Positions 46,602 to 56,746 are shown, counted from the first letter of the stretch. The stretch: 64,000 nt of DNA from an uncultured Gammaproteobacteria bacterium (GCA_964596525.1 CAZQUL010000001.1:76830-140829); one strand, 5' to 3'. Program-made: numbers and translations. The notes: generated by a model from the letters alone, not told the origin.

Positions 46602-47915
46602 ATGGGCACACCAAAAAAATTCGTGGCAGTAGGAGGAACTCTCCTTGCCTTAGTAGGTCTGGCAGTAGCTTCTCCTTCTTACGCCGCACCGTTTGATACA
46701 ACCGACACAGCACTTCCTCCCGCAGCAGCAGCTTCAGCTGTTAGCGCGGGCGGAGGAAACTCTTTCCTTCCTTACGAGTTTCCTGAGCGCGGTCGGACAA
46801 CATTTTTGGGTATTGTAAGCCAAGTCAACGGCACGGATATAACACTTCAAGCGCAAGATAATAAGCGCTACACCGTTGACGTTTCCTGGGCGCGCATTCT
46901 CGCTGGTAACGGCACCAATGAGGCTGTGAGTTTGGTTAAAGGCGACACGCTTCTTGTGCGCGGATTCCGCTTTGACCGATGGATTTTCGCCGAGCTCGTA
47001 GTGCAGCTTAAACGCGCTCCTGCACCGGTGGTCGAACAATACTCAGGCGCGGTGCGCGGCATCGGTTCAAACAGCTTCATTGTAGAACTGCAGAATCCAA
47101 CTGCGCAACTTCCTCGCCTCCTCTTTGTTCAACTCGGAACTGGCGCGACTGTAACGCTTAACGGACAAAGCAGTACGTTTAACGAACTGCGCTACGGCGA
47201 CACGGTCACGATCGGCGGGACGTATGACCGGGATATGGTCATGATTACAGCAAATAACGTAGCGATTATCCGCAACGTAACCCCGAGTCCAACGCCAACT
47301 ACGACACCACCGGTAGTAGTACCAACCACCACTCCCGGACCCACCCCAACACCAGGTCCCACGACTACTCCGACTTCTACCCCTGAACCAACGCCGACCC
47401 CCACCCCGACCTCGACACCTGGCCCGACTCCCACGACTACTCCCACCGAACCACCGGTAACACCGACGCCGACATCCACTCCGGTGCCAACCCCGACTCC
47501 GACTGGCACTCCGTCCCCTACTCCGACACCGAGCCCTCTGCCGACAAGTACTGATCCAGGACCAGCGCCGGCCCCTGGAACGTCCACTCCAACTCCGCCG
47601 GTGACACCACCGACAACAACGCCGGAACCCACACCTGTCCCCACAAGTACCGACCCAGGTCCGACACCCCTACCAACTCCGACACCGACTACCACCCCGG
47701 AACCGACTCCAACACCGGCTCCTCCCGTACCTACGCCAGGGCCTCAACCCACCACACCAACCGCGACTGATCCTGGCACGCCAGGAACCCCTACCCCTGG
47801 TCCGACTCCGCCGGTAACCAATCCGACTGAGCCGCCGACAGGTGGTTCTGGGCCTACACCGAGTACTCCCGCGCCGTGTCCTGCAACACCGCCTGCGGGT
47901 ACTACGTGTCCGTAA
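46602..47915 (+). CDS. secreted protein with about 200-aa Pro/Thr-rich low-complexity C-terminal region
   Basis: Signal peptide [30 protein letters not shown]. Long (T/P)n tract ending [12 protein letters not shown]. Confidence 0.7.
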   Translation: MGTPKKFVAVGGTLLALVGLAVASPSYAAPFDTTDTALPPAAAASAVSAGGGNSFLPYEFPERGRTTFLGIVSQVNGTDITLQAQDNKRYTVDVSWARILAGNGTNEAVSLVKGDTLLVRGFRFDRWIFAELVVQLKRAPAPVVEQYSGAVRGIGSNSFIVELQNPTAQLPRLLFVQLGTGATVTLNGQSSTFNELRYGDTVTIGGTYDRDMVMITANNVAIIRNVTPSPTPTTTPPVVVPTTTPGPTPTPGPTTTPTSTPEPTPTPTPTSTPGPTPTTTPTEPPVTPTPTSTPVPTPTPTGTPSPTPTPSPLPTSTDPGPAPAPGTSTPTPPVTPPTTTPEPTPVPTSTDPGPTPLPTPTPTTTPEPTPTPAPPVPTPGPQPTTPTATDPGTPGTPTPGPTPPVTNPTEPPTGGSGPTPSTPAPCPATPPAGTTCP

Positions 47916-47979
47916 GCTCTTCCTCATAAAAAAACAACACCACCACAGCAGGTGGTGTTGTTGTATAACGCGCTACGTA

Positions 47980-50592
47980 CTACGTGGACGAAGGACGAAT
48001 ATGGAAAAACCATTTGCCGAGTTCGACCACGGCGCCAAGAGCGATGCCAACGCCAAAAACCGCACCAAGCCATGGTAGAGGTAGTGCAACGGTGCCAAGC
48101 AGTTTCTGCAAAGGCGGCAGGTAAACTGCTGCAAACATAAGCGTGATGCCAATAGCCGCGCCACCGACTAAGTACTGGTTTGAAAACAAAGGATATGAAC
48201 CGATACTTTTTTCGAAGCTACGCACGGGAAACGCGAGGAGGAGACTATAAGCGCCGAAACACATAAAAATAAAGGTATGCACCAGGGTTTGATCAAAACC
48301 ACGCCCCATGAGAAACCAATACAGGGCAAAAAGCGCAGCGCTTGTCGTGCCTGTAACGAACGCCAAAAGACGCACGGTTGGGGGCTCCAAGAGTCCACGA
48401 CTAAGGCGCCGCGGACGATGCGATAAGCCATCGATATCTTGCTCGAAAGCAAAAGCGATGGCCGGAAAACTGTCCGAGAAAAAATTAATCCACAAAATCT
48501 GGAGCGCGGAAAGAGGTAGCGGCAATCCAAAAACAAGCGCGCCGCCGATAAGGACAAGCTCATTAAGAACGCTTGAAAAAAGATAGACGATGACTTTACG
48601 AATGTTGTTCACGATACGGCGACCTTCTTCGACCGCATGCGCGATAGTGGTGTAATTATCATCGAGCAGCACAAGATCTGCAACACTTCTCGCCACCTCG
48701 GTACCCGAACCCATAGCAATACCGACATCAGCCTGCTTGATACTCGGCGCATCGTTGACACCGTCGCCGGTCATAGCTACAGTCTCGCCGAGCTCTTGAA
48801 ACGCGCGGACGATACGCATCTTATCGAGCGGCGCTACCCGAGCAATGAGACGCACGTTTGACAAACGCGTGCGCAGCTCAAGAGGCGAAAGCGCTGCAAG
48901 ATCCCGCGCGTTAACAGCACTCCCCTGCGGCACGTCGAAACCAACCTCGCGAGCGATGGCAAGAGCTGTGCCTTGGTGATCGCCGGTAAGAATGACGGTT
49001 TTGATACCAGAGCGCTCAAGGGCTTGCATGGCCGCGCCAACGCCCGGGCGAACCGGATCGCGAAAACCCAACAGACCATGCCATACAAGATCGGTAACAC
49101 CCTCATCGAGCGGCATATCCGGATCCGTGGCAGAGGGCATTTCTTTGGTAGCGATACCAAGTACGAGTTCGCCCGTGGCAGCCCGTGCTTCGATATCGGC
49201 AAGGGCGGCACGTTTGCGCTCCGGGTCGAGCGCGGTATGCTGCAGCAATACGTCGGGCGCGCCGACAAAGGTGCGGATATACGGGCCATTTTGCACGCGG
49301 CTGAGGGAAACGGAAAATTTATTGGCAGCATTAAACGGAAGAAGGTGTACCGGACGAGCGTCGCGTTTGAGACCGACAACATCAATACCGCGCATCGCTG
49401 CTCCACGCACGAGCGCGGTTTCTACCATGCGGCCGTTGATGCGCCATTCATGGGGCGGATCAAGCGGATTTTCAATAAGAACATCGGCATTGCCGATCGC
49501 GCGGACCACTAGATCGCGCTCTTCTACCGAACCGTAGGGAATAACGGTATGGAGCTGCAAGGCCGCCATGGTAAGCGTGCCGGTTTTGTCGGTAAGAATA
49601 ACGGTGGTACTCCCTAACGCTTCGGCCGCGAGCAGTTTGCGGATAACGCCCTTGCGCCGCGCCATGCGCTGTACACCGATAGCTAAAATAACGGTAAGCG
49701 CGACCGGCAAGCCTTCGGGAATAGCCGAAACCGCGATGGCGACTGCCGTAAGAAACATATCGGAGAGCGGGTATCCCGAAGAAAGACCGACGGCGAACAC
49801 CGCGGCGGTAAGCACGACGAGTATGACACTCGTCTTGAGACTGAAGCGCTTAATCGCCGTTTGAAGCGGCGTGGGCTCGGGAGCCGTATTCGCCACCATG
49901 AGCGCAATCGAACCGAGCTCGGTCATGAAACCGGTACGGGCAACCAAGGCGGTCGCGACGCCTTGGGTGACGAGCGTACCGGCGTGCACCATGCCACTGC
50001 GATCCCCAAGCGCCGCATCGCGCACTGACGGTCCGACGGTTTTGGTAACAGGCAACGATTCGCCGGTCAATACCGATTCATCGATCTGTAGGTCGTTTGC
50101 GAATATAAGGATAGCATCGGCCGGCACCCGATCGCCTTGCGCCAGGCGGATAAGATCACCGGGCACGAGATGCTCGGCGTCGATTTCCTGCTCGTACTCG
50201 TCGCGGATGACGCGGGTGCGCTGCTTAAGATATGTTTTAAGCTCGGCAAGGGCTTGTTCAGCTTTGTTTTCTTGGTAAAACCCCAATGCAGCGTTAATGA
50301 TGACCGAAGCAAAAATAAACAGTGCATCGCGGATATGTGCGGTAAACAGAGTCACAGCGCCTGCCACGACCAAGATAAGGATGAGCGGATTGGTAAATTG
50401 CCGCGCGAAAAGGATAAGTGGTGAAACGCGTGTCGAGCGCTCAAGAATATTGGGACCAAAGAGGCGCAAACGCTCGGCAGCAACTTCAGACGCAAGACCG
50501 CGATGCGGATCGGAGACCAAAAGGCGGGTCGCAGCCGTGAGATCATACGCCCAAAACGGCGTGCGGGCGACGGCAATAGGATCGAGACGCAT
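47980..50592 (-). CDS. P-type cation-transporting ATPase (type II, Ca2+/Mg2+-like)
   Basis: DKTGTLT phosphorylation site, TGDHQGTALAIA and GDGVNDAPS motifs, about 10 TM helices. 870 aa. Confidence 0.92.
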   Translation of the reverse strand: MRLDPIAVARTPFWAYDLTAATRLLVSDPHRGLASEVAAERLRLFGPNILERSTRVSPLILFARQFTNPLILILVVAGAVTLFTAHIRDALFIFASVIINAALGFYQENKAEQALAELKTYLKQRTRVIRDEYEQEIDAEHLVPGDLIRLAQGDRVPADAILIFANDLQIDESVLTGESLPVTKTVGPSVRDAALGDRSGMVHAGTLVTQGVATALVARTGFMTELGSIALMVANTAPEPTPLQTAIKRFSLKTSVILVVLTAAVFAVGLSSGYPLSDMFLTAVAIAVSAIPEGLPVALTVILAIGVQRMARRKGVIRKLLAAEALGSTTVILTDKTGTLTMAALQLHTVIPYGSVEERDLVVRAIGNADVLIENPLDPPHEWRINGRMVETALVRGAAMRGIDVVGLKRDARPVHLLPFNAANKFSVSLSRVQNGPYIRTFVGAPDVLLQHTALDPERKRAALADIEARAATGELVLGIATKEMPSATDPDMPLDEGVTDLVWHGLLGFRDPVRPGVGAAMQALERSGIKTVILTGDHQGTALAIAREVGFDVPQGSAVNARDLAALSPLELRTRLSNVRLIARVAPLDKMRIVRAFQELGETVAMTGDGVNDAPSIKQADVGIAMGSGTEVARSVADLVLLDDNYTTIAHAVEEGRRIVNNIRKVIVYLFSSVLNELVLIGGALVFGLPLPLSALQILWINFFSDSFPAIAFAFEQDIDGLSHRPRRLSRGLLEPPTVRLLAFVTGTTSAALFALYWFLMGRGFDQTLVHTFIFMCFGAYSLLLAFPVRSFEKSIGSYPLFSNQYLVGGAAIGITLMFAAVYLPPLQKLLGTVALPLPWLGAVFGVGIALGAVVELGKWFFHIRPSST

Positions 50593-50604
50593 AAAGTCGG
50601 AAGT

Positions 50605-51162
50605 TTATACCATCCGCGCGACGTACCCGATGCCGATAATACCAATGAAATTGAAGACAAACGACAGCGGCACGAACCAGGACGGTTGTAATTTGGAAAA
50701 TCCTAAAAGCGCAACTCCAAGTTCGTCAGGCAGAGGCGAGGCAATGATAAGCCCGCCAATAAAAAACGTGAGATAACGGAACATGCGGTGCTTAAAAAGA
50801 GCGCGCCTTCGTTTTTTGTTAGTGCGATGACTTACAAGAAGAGAGATGTGGTCGGATAATCGATCGCGGACGAAGCGGAAGATGAGCATGTCGCCGACCA
50901 CGGCTCCAGCCGCACCCAATAGCGCGGTTGTAACCGGAGAGTTCACAGTCGCAATTTCACCGAGCGCAGCAATGGCCGGAGCAGTAGTGAAGACCGTGGT
51001 AAAGAACATGCCTGCGATAAAACTGCCCAGATACCCAAGACCCTGCGCGGATGCCAAAAGGCGATCCAGCGTATTGCTGTACACCAAAAGCACAGCGACG
51101 ATAATACTGAGCACAATGAGCGCCCCATCACGCACCAGGGAATCGACTGCTTTTTTATTCAT
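50605..51162 (-). CDS. DedA/TVP38-family membrane protein
   Basis: Polytopic. GEIATVNSPVTTALLGAAGAVVGDMLIF pattern. Confidence 0.55.
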   Translation of the reverse strand: MNKKAVDSLVRDGALIVLSIIVAVLLVYSNTLDRLLASAQGLGYLGSFIAGMFFTTVFTTAPAIAALGEIATVNSPVTTALLGAAGAVVGDMLIFRFVRDRLSDHISLLVSHRTNKKRRRALFKHRMFRYLTFFIGGLIIASPLPDELGVALLGFSKLQPSWFVPLSFVFNFIGIIGIGYVARMV

Positions 51163-51288
51163 AGGAAGAGAGCGATACAGAACGTTTATCTATAACTATA
51201 CACAAGAAGGAGCGATTCGGATACAGACCACAACGGCATGACTGTGGAAAGGCTGAGGGCTTTTGCTTTCCAGCACAGACATGCAACC

Positions 51289-51419
51289 GTCATTGCGAGC
51301 GATAGCGAAGCAATCCCTTAGCAACTCGGAATTTGCTCTGTTATCAAGGGGATTGCCCGCCCGGCACGCCTTCTGCTGCCATGGCGGACGGGCTTCGTTG
51401 CTACGCACCTCGCAATGAC
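51289..51419. mobile_element. MITE-like repeat, copy C (131 bp)
   Basis: TIRs GTCATTGCGAGC / CCTCGCAATGAC. Shares GCTCTGTTATCAAGGGGATTGC with copy B and GCCCGCCCGGCACGCC..GGCGGACGGGC with copy A. Confidence 0.6.
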
Positions 51420-51424
51420 AAAAC

Positions 51425-52129
51425 TTACACAGGAACTTCTATCGCCAACACATCACTTAACTCACGTGCACGCAACACCCATTCACCGCCTCCCGACACA
51501 CCCAGGCCATCACGCCGATGTAGTTCTTGATTATCGAACTCAACACCACCTTCGATAAGGAAAAAATATACACCATGGCGCGCATCACGGAGCGTATAGG
51601 CAAGATCCGCACCCGACGCGATGCGAGCACGGCTTATATACGCCTCTTGATGGATCCAGAGTTTACCCGCTACCGGGCCAGGCACAACAAGTTCTTGCCA
51701 GGCATTTGAAACGTCGGAAGAAAATGTTTTCTGATCGTAGCGCGGTGCAACGCCTGCACGGGCGGTTTCTATCCAAAGTTGCAGAAGCTCAACCGGCTCT
51801 CGCGCATCGGAATTTTCTTCGCTATGGCGCACGCCGGTGCCCGCGCTCATCACCTGCACATCACCGGCGGTAAGGAGCCCGGTGTTGCCCATACTATCTT
51901 TATGCTGGAGCGCTCCCTGGAGCATGACGGTCACGATTTCCATGTTTTCATGCCGATGCATCCCGAAACCGCTTTCGGGTGCGATCGTATCGTCGTTTAA
52001 GACGCGTAATACCCCGAAGTTCATACGTTCGGGGTTGAAGTAATCGGCGAAGCTGAAGGTGTGATACGTGGAGAGCCAGCCATGATCGGCATGGCCGCGC
52101 GTTTTTGCACGATGAATAAGGATAGGCAT
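51425..52129 (-). CDS. pirin-family cupin protein
   Basis: HRHENMEIVTVMLQGAL and GTGVRHSEEN motifs. Confidence 0.85.
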   Translation of the reverse strand: MPILIHRAKTRGHADHGWLSTYHTFSFADYFNPERMNFGVLRVLNDDTIAPESGFGMHRHENMEIVTVMLQGALQHKDSMGNTGLLTAGDVQVMSAGTGVRHSEENSDAREPVELLQLWIETARAGVAPRYDQKTFSSDVSNAWQELVVPGPVAGKLWIHQEAYISRARIASGADLAYTLRDARHGVYFFLIEGGVEFDNQELHRRDGLGVSGGGEWVLRARELSDVLAIEVPV

Positions 52130-52155
52130 GCGAATTGTTCGATTAAACGTTAAGG

Positions 52156-52575
52156 TCACGCGGGGATCGAATTAAAAAATCGTTCGAATATCTCTTTCAG
52201 ATCTTCAAGCGCACGGTACTGCTCGACCACCAAGTTCTTGTTCCCGGCAACCATGGCCGAGAGGCGCTTTCCTTCTTGCTCCCGGTAGAGGCAGAGCACC
52301 GGTTTTACTCCTTCGGCCCGACCGAGTTCGTAGCCTACGCCGAGACTCGGTTGCGTCACTTCAGCCACGACGACGTCCGCGCTCATAAGCCATTCCATGT
52401 CACGTGCATAAATTGATTGGTCGGATGGTCCGTCTTCACCGCGGATAGATAACGCCTTGTCGCCAATGTGTTCGGTAAAGACGGTACCGTACGTTTTGAG
52501 AAGTTCGATGATAGACAGGTAGAGCCCCTGGTCAGAGCGGCCGCCGCGAATGGAACCGGCGAAGTAGATCTGCAT
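52156..52575 (-). CDS. 2'-deoxynucleoside 5'-phosphate N-hydrolase (DNPH1/Rcl-like)
   Basis: MQIYFAGSIRGGRSDQGLY N-terminal motif and a conserved Glu-containing C-terminus. Confidence 0.75.
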   Translation of the reverse strand: MQIYFAGSIRGGRSDQGLYLSIIELLKTYGTVFTEHIGDKALSIRGEDGPSDQSIYARDMEWLMSADVVVAEVTQPSLGVGYELGRAEGVKPVLCLYREQEGKRLSAMVAGNKNLVVEQYRALEDLKEIFERFFNSIPA

Positions 52576-52576
52576 A

Positions 52577-53173
52577 TTATAAAGCCGTAAATAAAGCCTT
52601 AGCCCGCTCGTAATCGGTGCGGGTTTCTTCGCGAATGTCATCAAAAAGAATTTTGTCGTTAAAATCACGTTCGATTTTGGGTAAACCCCATTTTTTGATT
52701 TCCTCGACGGTTTTTTCCTTCTTCATCATGTGGATACCGAATGAGTAAAAATCAGTTTTAAGATGGCCGAGTGCATCGCCGGTAGCCATCGCCTTACCCT
52801 CGAGAGTTGCGGGGATGTTACCTGAGGAACAAGCGTGGAATTGTATGGCATCATCCACAATGACAGCGATTTCATCCGGACCGTAACCAGTTTGAAGAAG
52901 CAATTCACGGGCAATTCGATCACTTTCTTCTTTATGCTTCGAATCAAAACGGCTCATCACCGCATCGGCTATGTCGTGCAGCATGCCGGCCGCCATAGCA
53001 AGCTCTTTATTGGCACCAATACGCTCGGCTATCATACCGGCAAAGTCCGCGACGACAAATACATGGTGATCATGCAGCCAATCAGCCCAGGCAGCGCGCT
53101 TCTCACGACGGGCCAGATACAAACCACTAACCGCCTGCCTAAGGTTTTCCAAACGAGAAGACATAGTATACAA
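52577..53173 (-). CDS. HD-domain phosphohydrolase
   Basis: H...HD...D metal ligands (LHDHHVF, LHDIADAV). Confidence 0.7.
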   Translation of the reverse strand: MYTMSSRLENLRQAVSGLYLARREKRAAWADWLHDHHVFVVADFAGMIAERIGANKELAMAAGMLHDIADAVMSRFDSKHKEESDRIARELLLQTGYGPDEIAVIVDDAIQFHACSSGNIPATLEGKAMATGDALGHLKTDFYSFGIHMMKKEKTVEEIKKWGLPKIERDFNDKILFDDIREETRTDYERAKALFTAL

Positions 53174-53179
53174 CAGCCT

Positions 53180-53881
53180 CTATTTCTCAATAAACACCTC
53201 GGTCTGCTTTACTGCGCCGATTTTGTCGAGCTGCGACTGGATGCGATCGACCACCCAGGCGCCGTTCTCACGGATGAGGGTCCAAAGCTGATAAAACTCG
53301 CCGGCTTTTTGGATGTTGCCGCGGATGACCGCTTTGGTGGTTTCATCGATAGTGTAATCGACCATCGTACCTTCGATGTAGACTTTCACGGAATCTTTGG
53401 CGTTGTCGCGGTAATCAGCGAGGCCGAGGATGGTGACATGGTCGACGGTAATATTTTTCATGATGTTTTTTTCTTTATCTTTCTTCATGCGGTCGGTTTC
53501 GCTTTTGTGTTTAGCGAAGAGCGCTGCGCTCATGCAGTCTTTAGCCAAGGTCTGATTGCGTTCCATCCAGGCTTCCTGCACCTTAAAAAACATTTTCTCT
53601 ACATCACGCTTGAGCGCGTCAGCGTTCCAGGTAGAATCGGTCTGCTCGCTCCGGCGCAGACCACGCTCAGCCTGAAAACGGCGGAGTGAAAACCGGATGG
53701 CGACGTAAACGGCCCAGACGAGCAAAAACGGCGCGAGGATAATAACGATGATGACACCGAGAATACCCAAGCCATAATCGAGGTCACCGCCGCCCGCGAT
53801 GGCAAACGTCGGTTCGGCAAAAGCCAAAAGTGCCACGGCGATCAAAGCAGCGCCAGCCGGAAGGCGTGAGATGGTTTTCAT
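53180..53881 (-). CDS. membrane-anchored Tim44-like/NTF2-like domain protein
   Basis: Signal/TM segments, then a linker and a C-terminal NTF2-like segment. Confidence 0.4.
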   Translation of the reverse strand: MKTISRLPAGAALIAVALLAFAEPTFAIAGGGDLDYGLGILGVIIVIILAPFLLVWAVYVAIRFSLRRFQAERGLRRSEQTDSTWNADALKRDVEKMFFKVQEAWMERNQTLAKDCMSAALFAKHKSETDRMKKDKEKNIMKNITVDHVTILGLADYRDNAKDSVKVYIEGTMVDYTIDETTKAVIRGNIQKAGEFYQLWTLIRENGAWVVDRIQSQLDKIGAVKQTEVFIEK

Positions 53882-53986
53882 AGAAAAAGATAAGAACGAT
53901 AGCTTTATAATACACCAAAATACTAATTTTGATGATGCACCCAGCGTGCTTGATTTTAAAAAATCCCCTGCGTAAAGCAGAAGGAT

Positions 53987-54616
53987 TCAGGCGACAGGCG
54001 CCACGTTTACGGAAACGACATGCGTAAAGCAGACCGAGAAATAATAAGGTCCGTACCCGTAGTCGAAAAAGTTCTTGTGGCCGATGATGATAGTGCCTTT
54101 GCGACACTTAAGAACGAGGGGGTGGCCGGCCACGCACGTAGTGCTCAGGCATACCGTCCACAGACCCAAAGGATCGGAAATGCCAGCGGCGAGCATCGCG
54201 CGCACCAGCGCTTCAACATCATCACGGCCTGCGATGTCGAGCGCGGTATCGGGAAGAAAATTGCCGATCCGCCGCATTTCTTCAAGCTGTTCCGGGCGCG
54301 GTTTTTCATCGGTATGAATGAGCCGCATATGGGTCGCCTTGGAAATAAGGCGCAGCGTTGACCCAACCCGCCCGAGCACATGGCGCGGCTCGTCAGGTTT
54401 GGATTCATGGCGTGCCAACCGGCGACACCCCTCCACCAGATTGCGCGCTCGATCCGGTATCATGCCAGCTGTCCCAACCAACCATTCGAGCGTCTGCTCG
54501 TCTGATAAAAAAGTAAAAACAGGAGGCGGAGTAGGTACCAGCTCAACACTTTCAGGATGTTCCACGGCACTCTTCCTTTCGGCGAATGAACTAAAAGGCC
54601 GCGGCAAGCGTACCAC
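53987..54616 (-). CDS. hypothetical protein
   Basis: ORF only. Start uncertain. Confidence 0.4.
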   Translation of the reverse strand: MVRLPRPFSSFAERKSAVEHPESVELVPTPPPVFTFLSDEQTLEWLVGTAGMIPDRARNLVEGCRRLARHESKPDEPRHVLGRVGSTLRLISKATHMRLIHTDEKPRPEQLEEMRRIGNFLPDTALDIAGRDDVEALVRAMLAAGISDPLGLWTVCLSTTCVAGHPLVLKCRKGTIIIGHKNFFDYGYGPYYFSVCFTHVVSVNVAPVA

Positions 54617-54675
54617 GGCCCTGAGCAGCGATCAAGATTTTTTTCAAGATATTCTTGGCTACCACTAATCCAACT

Positions 54676-55155
54676 CTATGTATTGTTTTTAATATTCTTA
54701 AGGACCGCTACCATTTCAACCGCGCTCAAACCCGCCTCCCAACCTTTTTTCTTGCCGCCGAGCGCACGGGCTTCGGCCTGCGCTTTGTCTTCGGTGGTTA
54801 AAACGCCAAAAATGACCGGCAAACGATGGTCAATCGCGATACGCGTAAGACCGTTCGCCACGGCATCGGCGATGTAGTGATCATGGCGCGTTTCGCCTTT
54901 GATGATGACACCCAAGCAGATGATGGCGTCGTAGTTTTTCTCGGCTGCGAGCGCGGCGGCAAGAACCGGCAACTCGAACGAACCTGGTACGCGCAGACTA
55001 GTGATGTCGCCAGCTGCGACACCGACGGAACGGAGCGCCTCAATGCAATCGTCGAGAAGTGCGTCGGTAAGCTCGGCGTTGAAGCGGGCCGCGACCACGG
55101 CGCAACGCACGCCGATACCGGCGTTGGCAGGCAAGATGAATGAATTGGATTTCAT
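54676..55155 (-). CDS. ribH: 6,7-dimethyl-8-ribityllumazine synthase
   Basis: RFNAELTDALLDDC...GSFELP...ICLGVIIKGETRHDHYIA signature. Confidence 0.92.
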   Translation of the reverse strand: MKSNSFILPANAGIGVRCAVVAARFNAELTDALLDDCIEALRSVGVAAGDITSLRVPGSFELPVLAAALAAEKNYDAIICLGVIIKGETRHDHYIADAVANGLTRIAIDHRLPVIFGVLTTEDKAQAEARALGGKKKGWEAGLSAVEMVAVLKNIKNNT

Positions 55156-55295
55156 AGATAGTAAAGATTATCGATCGGTCTAGTCTAAACACAGCAGCCT
55201 TATCGGTCAAGAATCTGCTCTCAAAAACAGTTTGGAACTGTGCTATACGAAGAAATATCCGTTCTGATTTTTAAAAAAATAGTTCGTAAAAAAAC

Positions 55296-55324
55296 TTGAC
55301 AAAAGCGCTAAAATATGCTATAAT
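55296..55324 (+). promoter_or_regulatory. consensus sigma70-like promoter TTGACA-N17-TATAAT
   Basis: TTGACAAAAGCGCTAAAATATGCTATAAT, a perfect match. Confidence 0.55.
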
Positions 55325-55379
55325 ATATCCGAGTCGCTAAACAGAATCCATCAGTTTTATAGCCAAAAAGGAGCCCTTC

Positions 55380-55556
55380 ATGAGGATCTTGCGCACCATC
55401 TTCGTTCTCACCTGCATACTCGCCGCGATCGGTTGCCGCACCCAGCCTAAGCGCGGCCCTACGGGCGGTGCAGAACTCATCGATGCAGCTAAGGGTCCTC
55501 CGCCCGCCAGACCGCCCGCCTACGTTGAGACGTTCAAGGTGGAAGAGCTCGACTAA
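55380..55556 (+). CDS. small lipoprotein-like peptide (58 aa)
   Basis: AAAGGAG RBS. Signal peptide with lipobox LAAIGC. Pro-rich tail. Confidence 0.5.
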   Translation: MRILRTIFVLTCILAAIGCRTQPKRGPTGGAELIDAAKGPPPARPPAYVETFKVEELD

Positions 55557-55620
55557 GCTCCTGGACCGCCTAATACCCCGAACCATCGGGGGTTGTTTTT
55601 TATTAAAAGGATGCGAGGGC

Positions 55621-56223
55621 TTACATAGTAATTTTCATTTTCTTCACGGTGTCCACTACAGCACGCGTCATCGCATCGATTTCGAGATTCGCTTTACCCC
55701 CCACTCGTTTGGCGCCAAATGTGGTGATGCGGAGCGTTTCGGGAATAAGGTGCACGGTAAACCAGTCGTTACCCACGTCAACGATGGTGAGGCTGCACCC
55801 GTCGAGCGCGATAAAACCCTTGGGCAGAATATAAGGCATCCATTCGGCGGAACACGAGAATGTAACGATCCAATTATTGGTCGGTGTTTCGATGTTTTTA
55901 ATTGTTACTGCACCAGTCACATGGCCCGAGACGTGGTGACCGCCGATTTCATCACCGACTTTAAGCGAACGTTCGATATTGACCCGATCACCGACGTTAA
56001 GATCGCCGAGCGTTGTTTTGGTCAGCGTTTCGGCCATCATGTCAAAAGAAGCAATCGAGCCTGAGACGTTCGTGACCGTAAGGCAGACGCCAGCCACCGC
56101 GACGCTCGCGCCGATTGTAAGATCATGCGAAAGGGTACCAAGATCGATCCCTATAGTAACGAGGCCGGGCTTGCGCGCGATGTTTATAATAGGTGAGGTT
56201 TGTTGGACAATACCGGAGAACAT
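55621..56223 (-). CDS. ribE: riboflavin synthase alpha subunit
   Basis: MFSGIVQ start and two lumazine-binding repeats. The longer ORF upstream of this start is read-through. Confidence 0.85.
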   Translation of the reverse strand: MFSGIVQQTSPIINIARKPGLVTIGIDLGTLSHDLTIGASVAVAGVCLTVTNVSGSIASFDMMAETLTKTTLGDLNVGDRVNIERSLKVGDEIGGHHVSGHVTGAVTIKNIETPTNNWIVTFSCSAEWMPYILPKGFIALDGCSLTIVDVGNDWFTVHLIPETLRITTFGAKRVGGKANLEIDAMTRAVVDTVKKMKITM

Positions 56224-56296
56224 ATATATTCTGCTAATATATTGGCAAACGGAAAAAATTCTCAAGATGCCGTAAAAAACCGAAAGGAGAACACCG

Positions 56297-56746
56297 ATGG
56301 CGGCTCGAGAGATCACCATACAACGCCATGAGCTGGCTTTCAACTTCGATCCGGAAAAGCTCCTGGCACGCCAACTCGGCGTTACGAATGACCCGGAACT
56401 CGACCGCGTGAGATACCACGAACAGATGGCCACAGCTGTCAAAGATGGCCTGGTCGTGAGCGTGGACTCGGTCGATGTGCGCGTGTTCGGCACTGAATTC
56501 TTCCGGCTAACGCGCTTCTGCTACGGGGCAAGCAGCAAGCTCCGTATTCGTATCGTCGGTGATGACGCCCGTTTGGCAGCCGAACATCTTGCCGAGCAGT
56601 TCCTACGTCAGCAAGGCATGAAGAATGCCGAACGGCTAGTAGCTACGTTCGAGAAACAAGGATTCCTCGAACTTCCACCGGGACAGAGCTTGCACCCGAA
56701 CGAACTTGCGCCTGCCCTGACCGCTCCTCGAGGAGAAAAACTGTAA
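56297..56746 (+). CDS. hypothetical protein
   Basis: AAAGGAGAACACCG RBS then ATG. Confidence 0.5.
   Translation: MAAREITIQRHELAFNFDPEKLLARQLGVTNDPELDRVRYHEQMATAVKDGLVVSVDSVDVRVFGTEFFRLTRFCYGASSKLRIRIVGDDARLAAEHLAEQFLRQQGMKNAERLVATFEKQGFLELPPGQSLHPNELAPALTAPRGEKL

Noticed and set aside
47280-47880. Highly repetitive DNA, considered as a possible CRISPR array or tandem repeat element.
   Set aside because: The repeats are degenerate codon-level ACN/CCN periodicity encoding a Pro/Thr tract inside a single ORF. There are no regular direct repeats with unique spacers, and no cas genes are in the window.
55621-56493. Full 290-aa call for the riboflavin synthase ORF.
   Set aside because: The first 90 residues are read-through. 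Riboflavin synthase homology begins at MFSGIVQ (56223). The upstream part is Ser/Thr/Arg-rich with no RBS.
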